In this document: positions 1 to 9,869 of the stretch, one piece after another
Position numbering within the stretch: the stretch's first letter is position 1
Layout: each line of letters begins with the position of its first letter
Source of the DNA: an uncultured Lachnospiraceae bacterium
GTDB taxonomy: Bacteria; Bacillota; Clostridia; Lachnospirales; Lachnospiraceae
DNA: 64,000 nucleotides
Reading direction: 5' to 3'
Assembly (NCBI GenBank): GCA_964481705.1
Contig: CAYZUC010000003.1
Location: 608-64,607 of the forward strand
Position numbers and translations under genes: made by a program
The notes under the pieces: generated by a model
What the model was told of the DNA's origin: nothing
What the model saw: only the letters and a program-made list of their open reading frames with translations
The model's database searches: none

Positions 1-1197
1 TATTGCTATTCTTCCAGCGTTCACATCATAGAATCGCATCAGAAGATTAATAATCGTAGTTTTTCCGCAACCGGTAGGTCCTACAATCGCTACACGCTGT
101 CCATCCTTTACGGAAAGGTTCAAATTCTGAATCAACGTACGTTCCTTGCTATAAGAGAAATCCACATGCTCGATTGATATTTCACCCTTCGCATCCTTCA
201 ATACCAACGCGTCTGCATCCTCCTCGGTCTGTGGTGGCAAATCTATCAATTCCAATACTCTCCCAGCACAGGCAAGTGCATTCTGTAATTCAGTGATAAC
301 GCCCGATATTTCATTAAAAGGCTTTGTATACTGACTCGCATAGCTTAAGAAACAGGTCAATTGACCAATACTGATTCTCCCCTGTATCGCCGCCAATGCG
401 CCAAAAACTCCGACTCCCGCATAGACAAGAGAATTCACAAATCTGGTCGCTGGATTGGTAATCGCAGAAATAAAGATTGCCTTCACAGAGTAGGCTTCCA
501 GACGTTTGTTAATCTCATCAAAATTCTCGAGATTCTCATCTTCTCTCGAGAATGCCTTAACGGTCTTAATATTTCCTATCATCTCATCAATCAGCGAGGT
601 CTGCTCCCCTCGTGCTTCCGATTGTTTTTTAAACATAACAAATGATTTTTTTGCGATTACATTGGCAACTACCAGGGATAACGGCGTGAGTACGACAACG
701 ATCAATGTAATTCCTATATTAACCGAGAACATAAACGCCAATGTACAGATAATCGTCAATACACCTGTAAACAACTGTGTGAATCCCATAAGTAATCCAT
801 CGGCAAACTGATCCACATCTGCAATTACACGGCTTACCATATCCCCGTTCGAATGGGAATCGATATATGATAACGGCAGTATCTCTATTTTATCCATAGC
901 TTCCTTACGAACATCATGAACCACACCAAACGCTATTTTATTGTTACACACATTCATCAACCATTGAGACAGCGCTGTAATTCCAATAATGACAGTCCCT
1001 CTCAAGAGTAATCTTCCAATACCTGCAAAATCCACCTGACCTGCTCCAATGATGAAATCCACAGCATTTCCTACAAGAATAGGAATATAAAGTGACAGAA
1101 TCACCGTTACCGCTGCAAGGGAAAGTGACATCCATAAAAACTTTCGATATCTTCGAATATATCTTAGTACACGAAGAATGGTTTGTTTACTATCCAT
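1..1197 (-). CDS. ABC transporter, fused permease/ATP-binding subunit (partial; the 3' end lies beyond the window start)
   Basis: My reverse-strand translation from the ATG at 1197-1195 reads MDSKQTILRVLRYIRRYRKFLWMSLSLAAVTVILSLYIP. The same frame at the window edge reads VAIVGPTGCGKTTIINLLMRFYDVNAGRIAI (Walker A). The ATG overlaps the stop of the upstream paralog by 8 nt (ATCCATGGATAG), as in heterodimeric ABC exporter pairs. It is absent from the ORF track because it runs off the edge. Confidence 0.85.
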   Translation of the reverse strand, partial: MDSKQTILRVLRYIRRYRKFLWMSLSLAAVTVILSLYIPILVGNAVDFIIGAGQVDFAGIGRLLLRGTVIIGITALSQWLMNVCNNKIAFGVVHDVRKEAMDKIEILPLSYIDSHSNGDMVSRVIADVDQFADGLLMGFTQLFTGVLTIICTLAFMFSVNIGITLIVVVLTPLSLVVANVIAKKSFVMFKKQSEARGEQTSLIDEMIGNIKTVKAFSREDENLENFDEINKRLEAYSVKAIFISAITNPATRFVNSLVYAGVGVFGALAAIQGRISIGQLTCFLSYASQYTKPFNEISGVITELQNALACAGRVLELIDLPPQTEEDADALVLKDAKGEISIEHVDFSYSKERTLIQNLNLSVKDGQRVAIVGPTGCGKTTIINLLMRFYDVNAGRIAI

Positions 1198-2965
1198 GGA
1201 TTCTCCTTTCTTGTTCACGTTCTTTTGGAAACTGAGAATAGTAAATCTCCTGATAAATATCGCAATCCTTTAATAACTCATCATGAGTTCCCATCCCTAC
1301 AATCTCACCATCATCGAGCACCAGAATCTGATCCGCATGTTGAATGGAGGAAGTCCGTTGAGATACTATAACAACTGTTGTTTTATTGTCCATTTGTTGA
1401 ATGGCCTTGCGTAATGCAGCATCTGTCGCAAAGTCCAGAGCCGATGCGCTGTCATCCAGAATCAGAATCTCGGGCCTGCGAACGAGAGCTCGTGCTATGG
1501 TCAGTCTCTGTCTCTGTCCACCAGAGAAATTCTTACCCCCAGCTGTTACCGCTTCATCCAGTCCATCTTTCTTATTCATAACAAAATCAGCTGCCTGGGC
1601 GATGGAAAGTGCTTCCATCATTTCTTGGTCGGAGGCCGATTGGTTCCCCCACAGAAGATTGGAACGAATCGAACCTCGGAACAATACTGCCTTTTGCATA
1701 ACAATTCCTATTTTTTCTCTAAGTTCTTCCTGGCTATACTCGCGAACATCTCGTCCATCAATGATAACCTGCCCCTGTGTCACATCATAAAACCGAGGAA
1801 TCAAATGTACCAACGAAGATTTTCCGGAACCAGTACCACCAATGATTCCTACTGTCTGTCCTCTCTTTACATGGAAAGTAATATCGGTCAGTGCATCCTC
1901 CGACCCTCCTGCATAACGAAGATTTACATGAGAAAAGGAAATCATATCCGAATCTGCCTCGGCTTTATCCTTCTTGAACTCTCCGGTACCGCCCTTGCCA
2001 TCCTTCATCGAGGATTCCTGCTCAAGTACAGAGCTGATACGATTAGCACATGCAATTGCCTTTGTTGTCGTAACGACCAGATTTGCCAGCTTCACAAGCT
2101 CTACCAGTATCTGCGACATATAGTTGACCAGTGCCACTACCTCACCCTGTGTAATCATACCGTTTTCCACGCGAAGAGCACCGGTATAAATCAATACCAG
2201 TGTCGCACCATTAATCATGATATAAGTAACCGGATTCATCAAACCGGATATTCTGCCAACGTATCTTTGCTGTCTGCTGAGCTCGGCATTCTTTTCTTCA
2301 AACTGTCGGATTTCATCTTTCTCCTTACCAAACGCACGAATCACTCGAACACCCGCAAGATTCTCCCTCGTTGCCCGCAATACCAAATCCAATTGATTCT
2401 GAACCTTTCGATAAAGAGGTAATGTAATATACGTAATCCCCCCTACAACAAGTCCCAAGAGTGGAATAATTACTACAAAAATCAATGCTGCCCTGACATC
2501 CACGGTAAATGCCATAATCATGGCACCAAATACGATAAAAGGTGAACGTAGAAAAAGACGAAGTACCATATTAACTCCGCTCTGTACTTGATTCACATCA
2601 CTCGTCATACGGGTCATCAGAGTCGATGTCCCAAGCGTGTCCACCTCGGTAAATGAGAAATTCTGAATATGTGAAAACAATGCATGACGCAGCTTTGTAG
2701 CAAAGCCAACAGCGGCCTTTGCTGCATAGAATTGTGCAAGAAGGGAGAAAGAAAGACCAATAATCCCCAACAAAATCAGAATTCCACCTTGCCTTAGTAC
2801 AATGGACCGATTTCCGACTGCAATACCACGATCGATAATCGCCGCCATTACAAGTGGAACAAATAATTCAAAGGAAGCCTCCAGCATTTTAAATAAGGGT
2901 GCAAGAATGCATTCCTTTTTATAATCTCGTAGAAAAAGCCACAAACGTCTCATAGTAGTCCTCAT
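1190..2965 (-). CDS. ABC transporter, fused permease/ATP-binding subunit (MdlB/MsbA-type exporter half)
   Basis: 591-aa ORF with an N-terminal transmembrane (TM) domain, Walker A GGTGSGKSSL, signature FSGGQRQRLTIARAL and Walker B ILILDDSASALD. The ATG at 2953 has a better GAGGA RBS than the ATG at 2965. Confidence 0.9.
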   Translation of the reverse strand: MRTTMRRLWLFLRDYKKECILAPLFKMLEASFELFVPLVMAAIIDRGIAVGNRSIVLRQGGILILLGIIGLSFSLLAQFYAAKAAVGFATKLRHALFSHIQNFSFTEVDTLGTSTLMTRMTSDVNQVQSGVNMVLRLFLRSPFIVFGAMIMAFTVDVRAALIFVVIIPLLGLVVGGITYITLPLYRKVQNQLDLVLRATRENLAGVRVIRAFGKEKDEIRQFEEKNAELSRQQRYVGRISGLMNPVTYIMINGATLVLIYTGALRVENGMITQGEVVALVNYMSQILVELVKLANLVVTTTKAIACANRISSVLEQESSMKDGKGGTGEFKKDKAEADSDMISFSHVNLRYAGGSEDALTDITFHVKRGQTVGIIGGTGSGKSSLVHLIPRFYDVTQGQVIIDGRDVREYSQEELREKIGIVMQKAVLFRGSIRSNLLWGNQSASDQEMMEALSIAQAADFVMNKKDGLDEAVTAGGKNFSGGQRQRLTIARALVRRPEILILDDSASALDFATDAALRKAIQQMDNKTTVVIVSQRTSSIQHADQILVLDDGEIVGMGTHDELLKDCDIYQEIYYSQFPKEREQERRIHG

Positions 2966-2995
2966 TCTTTATAAAATCTATCCCGTTATATTCGA

Positions 2996-4522
2996 TTAGA
3001 ACTGACATTTGAATATTTGAAGGATATATTGGTGTATCTTTTTATACATAGGACGACTCTTCCACTCTTCAAGAGTAACCTCATGACAAGCTTTTAATGT
3101 CTCCATGTAATCACTTTTCAGTGCGTCAATAATCTCTCTCTGACTGGACCACACAGCATTTTCATAATGAATAAAAAAGCTTCGAAAGTCCATATTAATC
3201 GTTCCCAAAATACACGAAAAGTCGTTAATACACATTTTCGCATGCATAAAGCCTGGTGTATACTCATAAATACGTACACCGGATTTCAGCAAGGTTCCAT
3301 AATTCCACTCTGTCAGCAGCTTTGCCTTCTTTTTATCCGGAATACCAGGTGTGATAATACGAATATCTACACCACTTTTTGCTGCTAGACATAACGTATC
3401 ACGCATAATATCATCCAATATCAAATAAGGAGTCGTTATGTAAACCTCCTTGTTTGCCTCCTGAATCATATGACGATACAAATCAACTGCTTCATTCTCA
3501 GGATTATTGGACGGACCATCTGCAAAAGGAAGACAGAGACCACCTTCCATAACTGACACACTTGTTTTATACTTGTCATAATCGACTGCCTTGCCAGATG
3601 CTTCCCACATAGCCAGAAACGTCAGGCTCATACTCCAGACAGCATCTCCACGCAGCTTAATCGCTACATCCTTCCAATGACCGTAAGGAGAGTTGATATT
3701 GGCGTACCGATCACTCGCATTAATCCCGCCGGTATAGGCAACCAGTCCATCAACAACAACAATTTTCTGATGGTTACGATAATTCAGAAAAAGATGATAG
3801 TAATTCCTCTCAACCGGGTTAAAACGAATAATCTCAACTCCCACACGCCGTAACTCATCTACCGTTTCATCTGCAAGCTGAAAAACAGAGCCTGCATCAT
3901 CATATAGGATCTTAACCTCGACTCCTTGTTGTACCTTTTTTTCGAGAACTTCGCAGATTCGATGGAATACAACACCCTCGGCAATGGTAAAAAAGCTCAT
4001 AAATACAAATTGTTTTGCTTTTTCGAGCTCAATTATCATATCCTCAAATGCAAGCTCTCCCAACGAAAAGTACTCCAGCTTTGTATGGTCATACAACGGA
4101 TACCCCTGCTGATACAAGTAGTTTGCGATCTTCCACTTCTCCGGTTCCTTCTCATGAAGATCCGAAACAAGCTTCTCATCAAACGTCTGATGTAGATTTG
4201 CATTATTTACAATCGTCTGTATCTTCTTGTGTTCTCTTCGATTAACCTTATCCTTACCCCAAAGCTGATACATTATATGACCCACAATGGGAAGCATGAG
4301 AATCGCTGTCATCCAGTAAAGCTTGTAAGCTGCATTTCTGGAATCTGCAAGCAAAGGAATCAAAATGAACATACTTAATACTTCAATCGCTACATAAACA
4401 ATCAAGGCAGAATCCCGCAAAAAATAAACGAACAAGACCATACAGGCAATCTGCAGGAGAACCAAAAATAAAATTGTTAAATAACGAAAAAAAGATCTTC
4501 CATAACGATAAAAGAATTTCAT
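2996..4522 (-). CDS. cls: Cardiolipin synthase
   Basis: 508-aa ORF with two N-terminal TM helices and two HKD phospholipase-D motifs (NHQKIVVVDG and MHAKMCINDF). A GGAGGAG RBS lies upstream. Confidence 0.9.
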   Translation of the reverse strand: MKFFYRYGRSFFRYLTILFLVLLQIACMVLFVYFLRDSALIVYVAIEVLSMFILIPLLADSRNAAYKLYWMTAILMLPIVGHIMYQLWGKDKVNRREHKKIQTIVNNANLHQTFDEKLVSDLHEKEPEKWKIANYLYQQGYPLYDHTKLEYFSLGELAFEDMIIELEKAKQFVFMSFFTIAEGVVFHRICEVLEKKVQQGVEVKILYDDAGSVFQLADETVDELRRVGVEIIRFNPVERNYYHLFLNYRNHQKIVVVDGLVAYTGGINASDRYANINSPYGHWKDVAIKLRGDAVWSMSLTFLAMWEASGKAVDYDKYKTSVSVMEGGLCLPFADGPSNNPENEAVDLYRHMIQEANKEVYITTPYLILDDIMRDTLCLAAKSGVDIRIITPGIPDKKKAKLLTEWNYGTLLKSGVRIYEYTPGFMHAKMCINDFSCILGTINMDFRSFFIHYENAVWSSQREIIDALKSDYMETLKACHEVTLEEWKSRPMYKKIHQYILQIFKCQF

Positions 4523-4576
4523 ATACTCCTCCGATTCCCCTGACTATCACCTTTCAAATCATCAAACGTTACAATA

Positions 4577-4606
4577 AGTATAACATACCGACAAATGTAA
4601 ACAAAC
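4577..4606 (-). promoter_or_regulatory. Candidate sigma-A promoter for cls (extended -10 TGTTATACT)
   Basis: The minus strand reads TGTTATACT (-10 at 4582-4577) with a T/G-rich -35 region about 17 nt upstream. It lies about 55 nt upstream of the cls ATG. Confidence 0.35.
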
Positions 4607-4608
4607 CT

Positions 4609-5136
4609 CTACCATTCAACTCCAACCCGTGCTTGCTTTTGATAGTCGTAAGGATGACGAACCTTCTTCATTTCTGTCACATACTCTGCCATAGCAAGCA
4701 TACCCTCCGTCGGATTCTGTCCAGTCAATATGACCTCGACATTGCTCTGGCACCCCGACAGGAATCGCAGAAGCTCTTCTTCCATCAGCAATCCCATCTG
4801 GCATACATGCAAAACCTCGTCCAAAACAAGCATCACACGACTTGTTCTCGCTAACTCCTGAGACATTTGTGTTGCCTTATCAAAAATCCTTAGTACAGCC
4901 TCTTGTGTCTGCTTTTTCTGTGCTTCGTTCATCTCATAATAAAAACCGGGACAGGGCATATCATGAATGCAGATAATCTCCGGATATCTTTTCCGAAATG
5001 AGACAACTTCCCCCGTCCCCGGTTGTTTCAAAAACTGGGCAAATATCACAGGAATATCGTGTCCTGCCGCACGCATGGCAAGTCCTACTGCTGCTGTCGT
5101 CTTTCCTTTTCCATCCCCATAGTAAATATGAACCAT
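4609..5136 (-). CDS. cobO: Cob(I)yrinic acid a,c-diamide (corrinoid) adenosyltransferase, CobO/BtuR type
   Basis: 175 aa. The N-terminus MVHIYYGDGKGKTTAAVGLAMRAAGHDIPVIFAQFLK matches the CobA/CobO P-loop signature. Confidence 0.8.
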   Translation of the reverse strand: MVHIYYGDGKGKTTAAVGLAMRAAGHDIPVIFAQFLKQPGTGEVVSFRKRYPEIICIHDMPCPGFYYEMNEAQKKQTQEAVLRIFDKATQMSQELARTSRVMLVLDEVLHVCQMGLLMEEELLRFLSGCQSNVEVILTGQNPTEGMLAMAEYVTEMKKVRHPYDYQKQARVGVEW

Positions 5137-5190
5137 AGTATTCCCCCATTTTCGCTCAGCAACTCATAACGCAATCGCCATAAGCGTCAT

Positions 5191-5979
5191 TTATCTTGAT
5201 GTAGCCTCCAGACCACCATCCTGACGAATACAAGAGCCTGTAATATGTCCAGAACGCTTGGAAGCGAGATATACTGCAAGATCAGCTACCTCCTCCGGAG
5301 CAGCATATCTACCATCCGGATATGCAGCACCAAAGGTCTTCTTTGCTTCTTCGACCGAAACTCCTTCTCCTAACCAAGCCTTCTCAATCGAACGCATCAT
5401 TGGCGTATCAATGGCGCCCGGACAAATGCAGTTTACCCGTATTCCCTTAGCCGCTACCTCAAGAGCCACACATTTCGAAAGTCCTGCAATGGCATGCTTG
5501 GATGATACATAAGGTGCCATATTTCCTGCGCCAACAAAGCTTCCGTTCGATGCAATGTTTACGATCGCCCCACTTTCCTGTTTCATCATCTGGCTGCAAG
5601 CATACTTCATACCAAACATTGGGCCAAAAACATTAATATTATATACCTTCATAAAATCCTCATAGGTTTGTTCTGTAATCGGCGCATTGTTTCCCTCGTA
5701 CCCTGCATTGTTAACCTGAACATCCAAGGAACCATAATGACTGATGGTATCCTCTACCATCTTCTTTATCTGTTCTTCCTTCGTTACATCTACAACAAAA
5801 GTCAGAAGATGGTCCTCTGCAATATCAATCTGCTTCAGGAGCTGATCCAGCTTTTCCTGCTTTGTTGAAGAGATGGCAAGCTTGCAGCCCTCTGCTGCAA
5901 AAGCCTTCGTCAATGCCGTTCCAACGCCCCCCGTTGAGCCGGTGATCATAACAACCTTATCCTTTAATCCCATGTCCAT
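5191..5979 (-). CDS. SDR-family oxidoreductase
   Basis: 262 aa with a TGSTGGVG Rossmann motif, NNAG, and the catalytic YVSSKHA (YxxxK). An AAAGGAGGA RBS is present. Confidence 0.9.
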   Translation of the reverse strand: MDMGLKDKVVMITGSTGGVGTALTKAFAAEGCKLAISSTKQEKLDQLLKQIDIAEDHLLTFVVDVTKEEQIKKMVEDTISHYGSLDVQVNNAGYEGNNAPITEQTYEDFMKVYNINVFGPMFGMKYACSQMMKQESGAIVNIASNGSFVGAGNMAPYVSSKHAIAGLSKCVALEVAAKGIRVNCICPGAIDTPMMRSIEKAWLGEGVSVEEAKKTFGAAYPDGRYAAPEEVADLAVYLASKRSGHITGSCIRQDGGLEATSR

Positions 5980-6067
5980 AATGCATATCCTCCTTTAATA
6001 AGTATCCTGTTAATAACTTACCACTGAATGACTTTTGTGACAAGTTGAATTCTTAGCACCAATCACT

Positions 6068-6096
6068 TTGACAATTTATAAGGAAAACCCTATAAT
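6068..6096 (+). promoter_or_regulatory. Consensus sigma-A promoter for the plus-strand MBOAT operon
   Basis: TTGACA (6068-6073), an exact 17-nt spacer, then TATAAT (6091-6096). It lies 35 nt upstream of the ATG at 6131. Confidence 0.7.
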
Positions 6097-6130
6097 AAGA
6101 GAATCAATGTCCTAAAGGAAGAGGTTCGTT

Positions 6131-7561
6131 ATGCTGTTTAATTCTATGGATTTCTTAATATTTTTTCCCATCGTGATAGCTGTTTACTTTATTATCCCCA
6201 GAAAAGCACGTTATATCTGGCTATTGGTATGTAGCTATTATTTCTATATGAATTGGAATCCGAAATATGCATTATTAATGCTGTTGTCGACCTTAATAAC
6301 TTATTTAAGTGGTCTTTTAATGGAGCATGCTTCCAAGAAATCTCATAAGAAGGTCATTTTGGCCGGAAGTCTGATTTCCAATCTGGGGATTCTGGTCCTT
6401 TATAAATATCTTACTTTCCTTTTCACAAATATCAGTGCCGTATTGGGACTTTTTCATGTGTCGGTTCAAATTCCTTCGATCGATTTGCTCCTGCCTGTAG
6501 GCATTTCCTTTTATACGTTTCAGGCTTTGAGCTACTCTATGGATGTTTATCGAGAAGAGATCAAACCCGAACACAATTTTCTCAAGTATGCTCTGTTTGT
6601 ATCCTTCTTTCCCCAACTCGTAGCTGGACCGATTGAACGTTCTTCTAACCTGATTTCTCAAGTATGTAATGTAGATAAGCTGAATCTTTGGAATTTTGAA
6701 CGTGTGAAACAGGGACTCCTGCTTATGATGTGGGGTTATTTTCAGAAGCTGATTATTGCTGATCGAGCCGCTATCTATGTAGACCGTATCTATAATTCGT
6801 ATACCGATTATGGATTCCTTGAGCTGCTCTTTGCAACAATTCTCTTTGCTTTTCAGATCTATTGTGACTTTAACGGATATACCTGTATCGCCCGAGGTGC
6901 TTCCAAGGTTCTTGGGGTGAATCTTATGCTGAACTTTAAACAGCCTTATCTGGCTTCCAGTATCAAGGATTTCTGGAGAAGATGGCACATTTCCCTCACC
7001 TCCTGGTTCACGGATTATCTCTACATTCCTCTTGGTGGCAATCGAAAAGGACGTTTACGAAAATACCTGAATATTATGATTATCTTCTCGGTGAGTGGAC
7101 TATGGCATGGCGCCAGCTGGCATTATATTATTTGGGGATTTCTACACGGAGTATTCCAGATTGGTCAGGATATCAAGAATCCCTTCCGGCGTTTCCCAAA
7201 GGTGATTCAAATTATGATTACATTCTTATTGGTTGATTTCGCATGGCTGTTTTTCCGAGCGGACAGTGCGAAAAATGCATTGTTGATTCTAAGACAGATG
7301 ACCATGCGACTATCCAACGGCTTTTCTTTCTTGTCCGGACAGGAACAGATCAATGATCTTGGCATTCTTCTCGTTGCCTTGTTACTATTACTGGTAATTG
7401 ACCTATTACACGAAAAGAATATCAGTCTGATTACCATACTTAACAGGCAGAACATTTTTGTTCGTTATATCATCTACTGTGTTTCCTTCTGGGGCATTCT
7501 CATGTTCGGAATCTTTGGACCACAGTATGATGCGTCAAATTTTATCTACTTCCAGTTTTAA
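6131..7561 (+). CDS. MBOAT-family membrane O-acyltransferase (AlgI/DltB/PatA-like)
   Basis: 476 aa, polytopic. Typical MBOAT stretches are present: PVGISFYTFQALSY, FFPQLVAGPIER, WRRWHISLTSWF, YIPLGGNR, LWHGASW. It is a paralog of the ORF at 34281-35753. Confidence 0.9.
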   Translation: MLFNSMDFLIFFPIVIAVYFIIPRKARYIWLLVCSYYFYMNWNPKYALLMLLSTLITYLSGLLMEHASKKSHKKVILAGSLISNLGILVLYKYLTFLFTNISAVLGLFHVSVQIPSIDLLLPVGISFYTFQALSYSMDVYREEIKPEHNFLKYALFVSFFPQLVAGPIERSSNLISQVCNVDKLNLWNFERVKQGLLLMMWGYFQKLIIADRAAIYVDRIYNSYTDYGFLELLFATILFAFQIYCDFNGYTCIARGASKVLGVNLMLNFKQPYLASSIKDFWRRWHISLTSWFTDYLYIPLGGNRKGRLRKYLNIMIIFSVSGLWHGASWHYIIWGFLHGVFQIGQDIKNPFRRFPKVIQIMITFLLVDFAWLFFRADSAKNALLILRQMTMRLSNGFSFLSGQEQINDLGILLVALLLLLVIDLLHEKNISLITILNRQNIFVRYIIYCVSFWGILMFGIFGPQYDASNFIYFQF

Positions 7562-7723
7562 ATATTCACGGAAGGCTTTATTGCAGAATTAAATGGAGAT
7601 TTATATGAAAAAGAAGGCTCTCATAGTATTAAATAAACATCCATTGTTGAAAAAGCCTCATTAACTAAATTACTTGTTTTTATCTGTTGTATCGTCCTTT
7701 TAAATCAGGGCTTTCGTTACCTG

Positions 7724-8881
7724 TTGACTGACGACACCAAGTCCTATACACGTATCATGTTTCACGAGATATATGAATCCGAAGAAAATATCGATACGCT
7801 TCTCCTTGGTTCTTCTCATTGCTACCGCACTCTGAACCCTGCCATTTTAGATGCCAGCCTGGGACCGCATACCTTTAACGGCGGAACCTCAGCTCAGAGT
7901 CTTGATGGAACCTATACGATTCTGAAGGAAGTCGGCAAGACCAATCAACTGTCCCATGTATATGTGGAGCTTTATTATGGAATCCGTGGCTTTTCTACCA
8001 AGGATCGTGATGACCTTACCAAGACATATATCATTTCAGATTATATGAAACCATCGTTCAACAAATTAACTTACCTACTTCAGGCAAGTACTAACGATTT
8101 CTATATCAACAGCTTCCTGTTACCACACCGCAATCCCGAGAAGCTTCTTTGTCCGGATTACCTCATGGAATTATGGCAGAAAAAGGCCTCGGATTCTTAT
8201 CGCACATATTCCTTTATCATAAACGAGAATGAGTATTATGCCGGTAGGGGATACGTTGCAAGTAATGAATCTCTCAGTAACGAGACGATGGTGGAGACAG
8301 CCTCTTTAGACAGACCTCTCCCAGATACCGTATTAAGCAGTGATGATAAGAAGTATATGACTAAGATCATCTCTTATTGCAATAAAAAGGGAATTGCGCT
8401 GACCTTCTTCAGTTCACCAATTCCGGAGCTTCGCCTTCTCTATCATGGCAATTACGACTCCTACATTGATGAAGTAAAGTCCTTCTTAGAGCCTTACGAT
8501 ATTAACTACTATGATTTCAATCTCTGTTATCCAGAGAGTATGGGACTTGTAGCTTCCGATTATAAGGATACCAGTCATCTAAACGATCAGGGAGCTACCA
8601 AATTCTCTACCCTCTTTGCGCAGGTGATGGCTGATCCGGAATCCTTTCATGAGGTAGCTTATCCTACCTATCAGGAGAAAATGGATGCACTTCCTGCCGG
8701 CATGTATGGAACTGTCATTGTAAAGGATTCGGAAGCAGAACAGATAACAGCCTATCCGGTGGTAAATAAAATTCCCGCGCCCTCTCCCATCGTTTTGTCC
8801 CTATCAGACGATGAAAGTGATACACGGGAAATAAAGTTTGTTACTTCCGAGGGCGATTATACCTACCTCTATTCGGAGTAA
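7724..8881 (+). CDS. DltD/PatB/AlgJ-like SGNH-type acyl-transfer partner of the MBOAT; the N-terminus is apparently disrupted (see findings)
   Basis: 385-aa ORF with LLLGSSHCY (the GSS nucleophile motif of DltD-like proteins). It sits immediately downstream of the MBOAT gene and is a paralog of 33188-34261. The track start is a TTG that would omit the membrane anchor. That frame is open from 7637, and a good ATG with RBS lies in another frame at 7605. Confidence 0.7.
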   Translation: MTDDTKSYTRIMFHEIYESEENIDTLLLGSSHCYRTLNPAILDASLGPHTFNGGTSAQSLDGTYTILKEVGKTNQLSHVYVELYYGIRGFSTKDRDDLTKTYIISDYMKPSFNKLTYLLQASTNDFYINSFLLPHRNPEKLLCPDYLMELWQKKASDSYRTYSFIINENEYYAGRGYVASNESLSNETMVETASLDRPLPDTVLSSDDKKYMTKIISYCNKKGIALTFFSSPIPELRLLYHGNYDSYIDEVKSFLEPYDINYYDFNLCYPESMGLVASDYKDTSHLNDQGATKFSTLFAQVMADPESFHEVAYPTYQEKMDALPAGMYGTVIVKDSEAEQITAYPVVNKIPAPSPIVLSLSDDESDTREIKFVTSEGDYTYLYSE

Positions 8882-8903
8882 GCATTCCATTAGGAGGTCA
8901 TAC

Positions 8904-9854
8904 CTAACCCTTTTTTCTGTTACTTTTCTGTATTTGCAGCACCGTAGATAATACGGTCTTCCCATTGATTTGGGATAAATCCAAAAAAGGAATTCCATGA
9001 ATGAGGCATTTCATCGAAAGCCGCATCACCTGCATCAATCCAATTCCCTGTTGATAAAGAATCATCAAACGTACCATAGCGTTAACATTCAGCTCTTTCC
9101 ACTGACTTCTGGATAGATGCTTTTTCAGGAATACCGCACCACGGATAAATGCTTCGAATCGAATGAGAACGGCATCCTTTTTGACCGCTTTCGTCAAGCT
9201 TCCCTCTCTGTCTGTAAGGCAATAGATACATGCATCGCTTGCTGCTATCGACTGCGCATAGAAGCTGCTCTGAATCGAAAATAAAGAATCGTTCGAATAC
9301 ATGATTTCTTCAAACTGTAATCCATGATTTACGAGCATTTCACGAAGTAACATCTTAGACCACGGGCTTGCATGATCATACTTTAAATGCAATTCCCGGA
9401 CCTCTGTTGGCGCCTGCAGATAATCCTTGATCTTCTTCTCATAATTCTGATGTCTGGTGGACGGTTCACCCGATGGAATGCAGATACTTTTGGGTGCAAA
9501 ATAAATCAGCTCTGCTTTCGAATCAAAGTATTGCTCGAGCCTCTCATAATACCCCTCCCAAAAGAAGTCATCCGCATCGCTGAACAAAATCCATTTTCCT
9601 CTTGCATATTGTAATCCAAGATTCCTGCAGGTTCCTGCTCCCTTTACTCCCTCGTTCCGATAGAATTGTACTCCCCTGTCCGAAAACTCCTCTACCACCT
9701 TATGATACTCTTCCAAAAATCGATCACTTCGGTCGTCGACAACAATCACCTGGAGCTGGGCATGAGAACCTATAGACTCCAGTAATCTGCGAAGTCCCTG
9801 TGGAATATTATAATGTGGAATAATAATGGAATAACGATATTTTGATGCACACAT
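8904..9854 (-). CDS. Glycosyltransferase family 2
   Basis: 316 aa with YSIIIPHYN, VVDDRSD and SDADDFF (DxD) motifs. Confidence 0.85.
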   Translation of the reverse strand: MCASKYRYSIIIPHYNIPQGLRRLLESIGSHAQLQVIVVDDRSDRFLEEYHKVVEEFSDRGVQFYRNEGVKGAGTCRNLGLQYARGKWILFSDADDFFWEGYYERLEQYFDSKAELIYFAPKSICIPSGEPSTRHQNYEKKIKDYLQAPTEVRELHLKYDHASPWSKMLLREMLVNHGLQFEEIMYSNDSLFSIQSSFYAQSIAASDACIYCLTDREGSLTKAVKKDAVLIRFEAFIRGAVFLKKHLSRSQWKELNVNAMVRLMILYQQGIGLMQVMRLSMKCLIHGIPFLDLSQINGKTVLSTVLQIQKSNRKKG

Positions 9855-9869
9855 AGTGTCCCCTTCGAT

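Noticed and set aside
1625-2422. Long antisense ORFs in the track: 1625-2422 (+), 20287-21057 (+), 33398-34246 (+), 50397-50963 (+), 6317-6988 (-) and 39477-40076 (+).
   Set aside because: All lie opposite ORFs that carry unmistakable family motifs (ABC, MBOAT, DltD-like, ClpX and others). They have low-complexity or Cys/Ile/Leu-rich translations typical of antisense frames in AT-rich genomes, and they lack an RBS.
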